Shown here: positions 25,485-36,549 of the stretch, one piece after another
Position numbering within the stretch: the stretch's first letter is position 1
How the letters are laid out: the number at the start of each line of letters is the position of its first letter
DNA from: Ptychomitrium polyphyllum
Taxonomy: Eukaryota
Direction of reading: 5' to 3'
Assembly: GCA_973851085.1 (NCBI GenBank)
Contig: OZ316775.1
Location: forward strand, 18,104,001-18,168,000
DNA length: 64,000 nt
Made by a program: the position numbers and the translations under genes
The notes under the pieces: model-generated
What the model was told of the DNA's origin: nothing
Seen by the model: only the letters and a program-made list of their open reading frames with translations
The model's database searches: none

Positions 25485-26912
25485 TGTGAGCCTAAATTAT
25501 TCCTTGCTATACAAAAGGCCAATCTAGTTCTCACAGTTCTAATTAGGCTATGGTCATCTTAGTTGCGTTGTAGTTAGAGGTCATATTTAATTAAATTAGA
25601 ATCAAATTCATGATTGTTCAAGTTTTCTCATACATTATTAAACATCTAACTAGAAGTGTAATAAAATAACTATGTGCTAAATTACTAGTTGTTTACTACA
25701 ATTTTAATGACTTCATATTTTAAAAAGCTTTAGTGAGTTGATTGGCCTTGATTTAAGAAAGAGTTTTCCCTTATTTGATGGTCCAAACCACTAGCCACCA
25801 AACTATTACTCTACTCAACTTCACAACACTTTACATTTAAGGCACTAAGATCTCTTCACACCAAATTGGATGCCACGGGCACTTCACAACTTTAAATCTT
25901 ATGATCTTAGTGTCTATAGAACCGCAACTATTAGATCTAACTTCTTTTAAAATTTCAAACCTCAATCTTAAAGGAGTAAGAGAAAATAACCAAAATCTGA
26001 GGGCAAGTTTCAACCCTTAATAGGCGTAATGAAATCGCCGGCTGTAGACCTTGTCGTACCAAATCGGCTGCCACCCACGTTTTATAGCTTCAAATCTTGT
26101 GATCTTGGTGTATATAGAGTCTTTACAACTTGATATATTATTTCCAAAAATTCTTGCTCTGTTTGGAATTGTATGCACAATGATTCGCTCCTCCAAAGTT
26201 GAATATCTTGAATTGCGACAACAGCCAACCTCCTTCTACTAAAAACACCGCCACTGCCTTGTCCCTCATTAGACTTGGACGATCCTTAACTTATTAGAGT
26301 CCTTACTGCTTTTACTTCTTTGCTACAAAAATTTACTATCATGACTACAATTGTTTGTTTGCAATCTTCTATCAAACTTTTGGCATTCTCCACTTTCACC
26401 CTCATTCTCTTCTTCTACTTCTAGCTTTGGCCACCTTTCTATGTCTTAGCATAGTGCCCTAACTTTTGAACTCCAGCATCTAATTTTAGACTAAGCCGCA
26501 TTATCTCAATGACAAAGTGGACTCCTAACCAATCTCGACCATTTCTAACTCTTTGCAATAACTTAGATGGTCATACTAACTTAACTTATGTTCTTACCTA
26601 CTTACAATTGATTTCAATTAATTCATCTAAATTTCCACTAACTAAATACTATCATGTTACCAAAATTAACCGTGATTTATTATTCTAAAATACTAGTTAT
26701 CTTTAACCACTATTTCACTTCTTTGCAATAAAAAGTAGCTACCATAATTTTTTGATATTTTTCAGGAACCTAACTAGCCTAACCACCCTTAAGATTACTA
26801 AGTCACTACAATGATTCTAATTGGTGCTATTAAAAATCTTTTTCCTTGCAATTAATGCTAATGGTTAACAATAAATAAAAATTCACCAATTAAGCCACTT
26901 CTTTGGCTCATA
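25485..26912. mobile_element. Solo LTR of family C (1428 bp) interrupting gag of element A
   Basis: Ends are TGTGAGCC...GGCTCATA and the flanks are ACAAG (24830-24834) and AAAAG (26913-26917). Removing it restores gag GTLFSRQ|ALS*FVPLFEKNS. Confidence 0.78.
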
Positions 26913-29900
26913 AAAAGCATTGTCATAGTTTGTACCACTTTTTGAGAAGAATTCCCTCATATTTAGCAACTTTGATGCGTTTTTAGCCGCATTTGTAGAA
27001 GCATTTGATAACCATGACAAGTTTCATTTTGCAACTACTAAGATTTGTGCCTTGCGCCAAGGGCCACGTTCTATGTCAATTTATGCATCAAAATTTTGAC
27101 AACTTGCATGCGACATCAATTGGGCAGAAGAAGCGCTGATGAGTCAATTTTATCGGGGCGTACGCGATGAGGTTAAGGATTTATTGCTATCCATGCCAGA
27201 TCTCTAAACACTTGATGAGGCCATCAGCCAAGATTTGAAGTGCGATAATTGTCTATTTCAACGTCGATAAGATAAACAGACTTTGATTACGCCTTGGCTT
27301 TATATCAAATTTTTAGTAGTTGCAGCTCCGTCTACCTCTAATAAGTATTTGGGAGCAGAAGCCATGCAGATTGATGCGGTTTGCTTCAAACTCCTTACCG
27401 AACATGAATAGAAGCGACAAAGGGAACAAGGGTTATGTTTGTATTGTGGAAAATCTGGCCACAAGGTTAATAACTGTCCAGACAAACCTCGACGTACATA
27501 TCGGATGAGAGGTACAACCACCATGCCAAATGCTTTGCAAGAAAACAAGGACGTCCAGCCATGGTAGGAACCGTGCCGCTCAATCCGCTTCCTTTGCAAG
27601 AAAACAAAGGTCCTATTCTGTCAGCCCATCCTTCCTCTTGTTTTACTATACTTCTATGTTTAAGTGTTCAGAAGCTCAAAAGCCTTGATCTAATAGATTC
27701 AAGAGCCTCTGCTTGTTTTATTGACAAAGAATTTATGAAAATCCATAAGTTCTTTTTTAGTAGAAACCCAAATCCGTCCATGTAGAAGTCATAAATGGTT
27801 GACCGTTATCTTTTGGAGATATTATTCATGAAACCAATCCATTAACAGTAACATTGAACAACCATAGTAGTCAAATGATAGTTAATGTCATTAGGTCTTT
27901 GTCAAGTCCCATCATTCTAGGGCTTTCTTGGCTTGAAAAATACAATACACAGATAGATTGGGCATCTCGTAAAATAGAATTTTCATCATTAAAGCTTGTA
28001 ATTACTAAGCCTATGGAAGAAGTTGAAGCATCTTATAGATCTAAAAAGCCTCTCTTTATTGGAGCTAGAGCATTTATGAGAGCAGCAAAGACTGGTGCTT
28101 CTTTTGCTGTGTATGCAATTCCAACGTCCAAAATTGTAGCTTCATCCTCAATCATTCCAAAAAAGTATAAGGAATTCAACGATGTATTCAAGAAGAAGAA
28201 TGTAGACATCCTACCAGAACATCATCTTTATAACTGTGCCATAGACCTCCAAGACGGTGCCCAGCCACCATTTGGACCTATTTATAATTTATCCCAAAAT
28301 GAACTTTCATCACTAAAGGAGTATATTGATGAAAACTTAGCCAAGAACTTTATACAACATTCAAAGTCTCTTGTTGGTGTTCCAATCTTTTTTTGTAAAG
28401 AAGAAAGATGGATCCTTATAAATATGTGTCTATGACCGTGGCTTCAATAAAATGACAGTGAAGAACCGATATCCATTGCCATTAATATCAGCTTCTTGAT
28501 AAACTCGGCCAAGCAAAGATCTATACCAAAATAGACCTGCAAGGAGCGTACAATTTGGTGCGCATCATAGAAGGAGACAAATGGAAGACAACATTTCGAA
28601 CAAGATATGGCCGTTTTGAATACAATGTCATGCCTTTTGGACTTACCAATGCACCCGCCATTTTTGAACACTTGATGAATGATCTATTTTTGGAATGCCG
28701 TGATGATTTTATTGTATGCTATCTAGATGAAAAGCTTGAATGTAGATCCGATGTTGAGGATGCATTCCAAAGTTTGAAGCGAGTTTTTACCACAGCTCTT
28801 ATTCTGGTCCATCCGGACTTTCCAAAGCAATTTTATCTTGAAATAGATGCTTTCGACTTTGCACTAGAAGCAATTTTGCCACAAATGGGGAAAGAAAGGA
28901 GACTCCATTCAATTGCATTCCATTCCAAAAAAACTTCAGGTGCAAAAATCAACTACGAAATCCACAACAAGGAATTCCTTGCAATTGTGGATTCTTTCCA
29001 AAAATGGCGTCACTTACTCGAGGGGGCCGCGCATCCAGTGATTGTATATACAAATCACAAGAACTTGAATATTTCATATCAGCCCATGTTTTGAATTGCC
29101 GCTAAGCTTGTTGGAGTATGTCTCTATCTTGATTTGATTTTTGCATTACATATTGACCCGGAAAATAATAAGGGTTATCAGATGCTTTGTCAAGGCGATC
29201 ATACATTGCGCCAAAAGGAGGGAGAGGCAGCACACAATTAACAAGCAACTTTGTTGAAACCCAAATGGTTATATATACACACAACCACCATTTCAACTTT
29301 GGAGGATTCATCGTTCCTTGACCAGGTGCGTGTGGCATCTATTAAGGACCCTCTTATTTTTTATATCAAGCGTCGTTCCAACAACCTCCCTAAAGATGTG
29401 TCTAAGTTCAAATTAGAAGACAACCTTCTCTACTTTGAAGAACGTCTATATATTCCTGAAGGACCAGTTTGCCTTTGTGTACTTAAAATACGTCATGGCT
29501 TTCCTGCAGCTGGATATTTTGGATTCAACAAAACTTTAGAACTCCTCTCTCTCGACTTTTGGGGGCTTCAAATGTGGAAGGCCGTTAAGGAGTTTGTACT
29601 CTTGTGTGATACTTGCTCTAGGTCGAAAAATCCTCGACACCGTCCATATGGACTTCTCCAACCATTACCCATTCCAAGGCAACTGTGGTCGTTTGTATCA
29701 ATGGATTTCATTACAGATCTTCCATCGTCAAATTCTTTTAATACCATCTTTGTTGTGGTAGACCACTTGACTAAGATGGCACATTTTGTACCTTACAAGA
29801 AGTCAATTACGGGTGAAGAGATTGCCACATTCTTTATGGATAATGTCTATCACTACCATGGATTATTCGACGATATTATATCGGATTGTAGACCACAGTT

Positions 29901-32900
29901 TGTATCAAGATTTTGGAAGTTGCTCTTTGAGATCCTTAAGATGGACATCAAACTTTCTTCTGCCCTCCATCCTCAAATCGATGGCCAAACAGAGCAAGTC
30001 AACCAGATCTTGAAACGATATTTGTGGTGTACCATCAACTATCAATAAGATGATTGGACTTCCTACTTGACATTGGTTGAGTTTGCCTACAACAACACCA
30101 CTCACGCTTCCATCCAACAAACGCCATTCTACTCCAACTATGGACATCATCTAAAGATGGATATGTTACAGCCTCCACGATATGAGAATCTAACAACAAA
30201 GGAATTTGCCACAAGAATGGCAGAGCTTCAAAGAACTATGAAGACTCAATTAAAAGAAGCTTGAGAATGATACAAAACGGCAGCAGATGCAACAAAGAAG
30301 GAACAACCTCCATTCCAAGCTAGTGAGAAGGTGTGGCTCTTTTGACGCAATATAAGGACCAATAGATCATGTGACAAGTTGGACTATTGTAGATTGGGAC
30401 CATTTGCAATTGAAAAACAAGTCAATCACGTGGCATATCATTTGGAACTACCAACGTCAATGAAAATACATCCCATCTTTCATGTTTAATTTTTGGAAAC
30501 TTATAAGAAATCAAGTATCCTTGGATGAAAGCAGCTGCCACCACTTCTGGTCAAAATCAACGATCATCATGAATTTGAAGTAGAAGAAATGCTTGACTCA
30601 CGGATAAGACGTGGGGATCTGGAATATTTGGTACATTAGCGTGGATATAACATCAGTGAACGTACATAGGAGCCAACTAACAACCTTGCCAATTCACCTA
30701 TAAAAGTTTGTGAGTTCCATCGATAACATCCATCCAAACCAAAAGTAGCAGTAGATGGAACAATGGCTTGGTAAGGCTACGTAATTTTGAAGGCTCTTGA
30801 TGCTTGGGCTTTTAAGTAGGAGAGAAAGCAATTCTTAGATCATAAGTTTCCAAAGCCCCAAATATGATTTAGAAATTAGTTGTTTGTATTTTGAAGTTTG
30901 TCAAAGTTTTTTGAGACTAGCTCGATATATTTTATATGGACAGTCAAGATGCAGATACCATGCCAATGGTATCAATCCAATCAAATGACTCTCATGGACG
31001 ACCTCGTGATGAAGAACAGATTGGACCAAGAAGACGTTGAAGGATACTCAGCGTTAGGTCGTTGGTGATTGTCTTTGAAGTAGAATTGACTTACAAAAGT
31101 TATCTAGAAGTTGTTTTTGAAGGACGCTTTCACAACAAAGATATAGAAGGTCATGCTTGGTCCTGAGTAGAAGGCGTTGGTTACTATTGGTGGGTTTAAG
31201 AACCTATAAACCATTTGAATCGAGAAAGGCAATTGGAATATGTTGCAAATATCATGTGACAAATTTTTGACTTTTTACGATGCTGAATTTTTGTTGCTCT
31301 TTGGAGACTTTGGAGCTAAAAGAAAAGGTGATGTCACAGACATACATATTAGAAGCATCTAGAAAGGTTCTTAGAAAATATAGAAAGCTTCCAAGGAAGT
31401 TTCCTTAATTTAGGAAGTTTCCTTAACTTAGGAAGTTTCCAAGGAAGTTACCATTGGATTAAGAAGCTTCCAAGGAAGTTGCCTTGGCGGAGGAAACTTA
31501 TCTTGTTTTACAATCTAAAATCCTAGAGCCTTGTCTTGTGCTTACTCTACTCGTAATAATTTTGCTTTAAATCATTCTATATTAAAATTTCACCATTTGT
31601 ATATAAAATCTTTTTATATTCTACGATGTAATACCACCAATATCTTTCATTCAACATAATTATAAATTATAAAAAAAATCTTTGATTCATAGAAGAAATA
31701 AGAAGCTTTCTTTTAGCTATATATATTCTAATTCATTTTGTTATACTAGGATATTTTTATAATCCCTTTATAACTATAAGAATTACAATAAAAAAAGTTC
31801 ATATTTATACAAGTTTGTATTATGTTAATGTTCATTATATTATTAAAACATCATAAATAAAGTCATAATATCCAAATTTCAAAAGAACTTCTAAAAAATT
31901 GAACAACCAATATAAATAAATCTTTTTTAATGGATAAAAAAGATTTTTTTTTTTTTTTAAATTTAATTTTTTATGGTATACATTTAAAGATATTGCTTAT
32001 TAAAGTTGCTCTCTATTAAAAAACACATTTAAGTCTATAAAGTCAAAGAAATTGGTAGAAATAATTAAAACAACAAATAATCTTATCATTTAACACAGAA
32101 ATAAGCAAAATGTGTTAATAGAATGGATAAGTATAACTATGGTTCTAAATTTAGTGCTTATGAATCAAGTCTACTATCATTTCATTGATATTCACATCTT
32201 TTTTTTTATCATTAGTTTTGTCTTTTAATACAAAAAAAGAATGAACTCTAAGTATCAAATGACGCCTTTTTAATATATTTTAATAAACATGTTCAGTTTT
32301 CTTATTCCATGAATAATTTCCATTTCATATTTTTTGAAATTTTTGAAATAGTTTTGCAAGTACTTTGCATTTAACTTAAATAATTTAAGCTATTCTTTTT
32401 CAAATTTTTACTATAATCTTAAATATAACAAAATTATAAAAATAAATCATTTTATTTTATATTTTGATATTTTTTTCTCAATAAATTTTTAAATAAATTG
32501 ATAAAATGGTCTTTGTTACATTCAAAGTGAATTTAAAATACTTGATCAAGTTTTACTTTAAAAAAGTTTTAAAGGAAAATAAAAAATCTACTTAGGTTAC
32601 ATTGATTTTCATTACCTTTCACTATGAGGTCCTTCATCATGTTTCATTGTGACGTTCTTCATCAGGTTTGATTGTCACATTCTTCACCATATTTCAAACT
32701 TATATAGAAAAGAAGTTAGAATAGTTTAGTATATTTTATAATCAACATGAAATTTTGACAAAAGATACCTTATAACAATGTCAAATTTCACCATATTTTG
32801 CACACAATTCACAACTCATAGCTGACACATGCATTCATCAACTGAAATGGGATGAGTAACAGCGTGGTGATAGGGTAGCGGCGCACAAACGCAAGGCCGG

Positions 32901-33267
32901 ATGAAAGCTCCCTACGACCGTGGACCCGAATACCGTGGTCCGTTGTTATGCTTTCGCTGCGCTTCGTTAGATGCCGAGCTGCATCTCGCGGTACAGTGAG
33001 CACCATTATCTAGAAACGCATGGCGGTTTCTCAAATTCTCCTCAGGTTGGTGCACTGGCGTCAACAGATCGTCCGATGCTGCCGAGCTTTTTAAGATCCT
33101 CCGACAATTCGTCGACACTCAAGCCTGCTTCTGGAGGATTCTGCTCTCTCTCTTGTTCTGCACTGATCAAGGGACACTAGTACATGAAGCGATTTGATTG
33201 TGGTGGCATTGCGTTCCTCGTTGGAAGGTTTGCAGTAGTGGTAGTGGTGCCCGAGTTGACGTCGAGG

Positions 33268-35892
33268 ATGGCCGCTGTGGTGCAATGTGCGAATGCGTGT
33301 TCGCTGAGGACGGGCGCGGCGCGGGTTGCGACTCCGGTCTCCGTGAGTTCAAGCGGAAGTGGCAGTGATGGCGTCCAGAGCTGGTCGCCTCGAGGTTCTA
33401 GGAAGGCGGGGGCTGAGCAGGCTCAGGGACGAGGCGCTGTGAACATGGCGCTGGCTCATGGTGGTGGTGAGGAGGTTGCAGGTTGCGGCTCTCGGGGCAT
33501 CCTTGGTTCTGCACAGAAGACGGTCGTTGCTTTGGCGCTCGGCCTCTCGCTCTCGATTGGAGGTCAGTTCTTCGTTCCTTTGCTTCCTGAATTGGTCGCC
33601 ATTGCCTCTGTGGTACCTTATCCTGACGAGCAAGGATACATTGTGATCAGATGCATTTGACGTTGAAGCTGACGCACGTGTTGCAGCTTCAACGTAGCTG
33701 AATTGAGGTTCAAAAGAGAGTGCTGTTCTAAGGAGTTCCATACTGTCATACCGATTCAGAATCGACACTGAGTTGCCATGTGTTCGCTCCTTGCGTATTC
33801 TACAAATCTGGTGGAATTTAAACACATAATGTACAGAGGTGACTAGGCCCATCGATATTTGCATGATTTGATTTTAATCTTGAAAATATAGATGTTGAAA
33901 TTTTCATAGGAGAACCATGGTCCTCTTGCAATATCTACAAACAATGACATTTGAGAGATAAGTCACAGGTTTGAGCTAGACCCACCGTCCACCCTACAAG
34001 GAAAAAACAAGAACCTGACCCTCGGGCGTTCTACAGCCCTAAAAATGTGCGGTTTCTCCGAATTGTGTGGTATGTGACTCTGTGTATGTGCGCCACAGTG
34101 AATCAAGGCAGGGAGTGATGATATGCTGGTGTGGAAGAATGATTGTTAGAATTCCTCATAACTCCGATTTCAATGACCATTTATAGGTTTTAAATAGTAG
34201 TACCTTACTCTTACAAGGATGTTCTAATTCATTTACAAAAATACATTGACTAAAGTAGAAGACTACTTGGATGTACAAAAGTGGACCATTAATTACGCAA
34301 AGAAATTGCTACTGCTTCAAGATGGAATTGCTGATACAATAAGGTAAATTGTTCGTAGCAGGGGCTGATATGGCGGAGGCTAAGAGACTTGAGGGCGTCA
34401 ACAAACCGGAATTGCTCCCAAAAGAATTCACGACAGTTATCGATGTGGCGGGATTCTTGTCGGCTGGACAGGTATCGAGCTATTTTTCGATGTTAGAGAA
34501 CACCTTCGAAACTCCGCATAGCTCAGCTTGATGCCTAAAACTGTAAATTATATAGGTCACTTCAACTTTCAGCTTGATTCTTGGAGTAGTTTTTACTTTT
34601 TAAGTCTTGGTTACATGTGATGAAGACAACATCCGCCACCTCTATGTTCTGAGCATTCGTAGAGAGTTTGTTGTAGTGAGGTCACCGGTCCTGGTGCAAG
34701 CGAGGTCAAGTGCTGATAATGCTTCATTGCTGGGGGCTTTAGGAAGACAGAATAAAGAGTGCAGTGGCTACCCTTGAACAAGATACAGGATACAAGCTGC
34801 GGGTACTGGCTCAAAATTATCCCACTACACCAGGTTTAATATCTCTTGCTCCTCTACATTCAAGGATTCGGACTCCCAGTGTAGTGTATGTGCATTTGAT
34901 TGCTGACTCCTTTGCAAGCTCTTTTGTTCTTCGTACATTTTCGTTACAAGCAGAGATAAACAAGGAAATTTTTCTAGGGCATCTACACTTTTTTGTGGTA
35001 CTCCTCGATTCGGAGTTATATTTTTAATGCTTTTTGAGAGTTGATAAATATAAGTTTGTAAGTGTATACTGGTCTTGGGTGTAGACTCGCAAACCTCAGG
35101 ACTGTTGTGAATATTTAGTGTTAACCGTCCCTATAATTTACCTTCGGAGAAACTTTTAAGACTGTACCTTTTCATTAATTTGTCAATTCCTTTTTTGTAG
35201 CTTGGATAGGGAAACATTAGATTTTCCAGTTACCATTGGTGTTGACACGTGTTGATGGTTTTTTGCAGGTCTTGCAGTGCGAGACTTCTGGAGTGTTGAT
35301 GACAATACCGTTGTATTTGTGGCTGATCCTAGTCTAGGTATAAATATATTTTTTTGAATTACCAACAGTCTTTATTTTTCAATGGGTTCCTTTCAAAAGA
35401 TCAGTTAAATTACTGCATTTTGTTTACTTATGTTGAGTTAGCTCTGGTCCCAAGATTGTTTTGTATCGACTGGGCTGACGAAAAGATCTGTTTTCTGTTG
35501 AATGACATGCAGGTAACATCTTGAACTTCAATGTAGGAGCCGGTGTGGATCTCAGCATCCCTCGAAGTTTTTGGACACGGTTAGCAGGAAAATACGGCAA
35601 TAAATTTTACTGGCAGGAGAAGGTGGGCATTTCATTTCACTATTTTAATTGCTAGTATAGTGTGCATGAAGGGTTTGACTTTGCTCATTGTCATGTTTAT
35701 TCATGCTGTGGCGTATTCTTGTTGCAACCTTCAAATTTTCTTCAGAGGCCCTTCTTTGCATCGCAGCTCTGGAGCTGATATGAACTATTGCATGTGCAGG
35801 GTGAGGATGCTTCCATTGAAGCAGCAGTTAATGCAATTGGAGAATGTTTGAGGGAACCTGCTGGACCTAGAGCTTGCTCAGACATCAAATAG
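33268..35892 (+). CDS. TPM-domain thylakoid lumenal protein (15.0 kDa protein 2-like); ~6 exons with a bipartite transit peptide
   Basis: Exons give AEAKRLEGVNKPELLPKEFTTVIDVAGFLS, LEQDTGYKLRVLAQNYPTTPG, LAVRDFWSVDDNTVVFVADP, NILNFNVG...FWTRLAGKYGNKFYWQEK and GEDASIEAAVNAIGECLREP. A hydrophobic signal ends in AEA. The TAG stop is at 35890-35892. Confidence 0.9.
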
Positions 35893-36405
35893 TGAGAGAC
35901 TCTTGTTCCAAGTCAATGAATTCATTCTTTGTAAATCGATTCAAGAATCATCAAGTATTTATGATATCGCAGTCAAGTAATGTTGCTGGGATTCATAATC
36001 TCTTCTCGCCCAGCTTGGATGACTTAGTTAACTTGAGGTCGATTAGGTTTAGACTTTGTAGTTGTCTAATTACGCTACTGTATTTGACTTTTATTAAGAA
36101 ATATATAAGAACATGCTGAGGCCCGTATAAAGATTAAATATCTGTAGAACATCCAATATACATATGTCATGCCTGCTGTGATGTTGCTAACCTTGGTCTT
36201 GACGTTACAACTTTTGATGCCATAAAACATATTTTTCATTTCACAAGATATGTTTTTCACAAACTATCAAAAAGTTAGCTGCCCTTTTGGTTGGTGTGAG
36301 CTTCGGCTTCTGGCATCAATGGAGCCTGCTCGATCTACATGTAATTGTTAAGAGAAGAGAATGTTCTCACCCGAAATTCTCTTCATTGCTGTCATTCTCC
36401 TTTTC

Positions 36406-36549
36406 ATTTGTGGACTGTACTAGTAGCACTTCAAGTTCAACATGGTCTTTATTGATTTTTGGGCAAATGGTGGCAAGATTTGTGGACTGTACTAGTAGCA
36501 CTTCAAGTTCAACATGGTCTTTATTGATTTTTGGGCAAATGGTGGCAAG
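36406..36549. repeat. Perfect tandem duplication of a 72-bp unit
   Basis: 36406-36477 is identical to 36478-36549. Confidence 0.95.

Larger units (their letters stand above)
23884..31558 (+). mobile_element. Near full-length but dead Ty3/gypsy chromovirus (Tcn1-like, family A): 5' LTR 23884-24160, gag, PR, RT (318-bp deletion), RNase H, integrase, chromodomain, PPT, 3' LTR 31332-31558
   Basis: LTRs start TGTCAC(G/A)GACATACATATTAGAAGCATCT. A purine tract AAAAGAAAAGGTGA precedes 31332. Integrase gives SMDFITDLP and HPQIDGQTEQVNQ. The chromodomain EFEVEEMLDSR...EYLVH*RGY...ERT*EP lies at ~30571-30680. Many in-frame stops are present. Confidence 0.95.
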
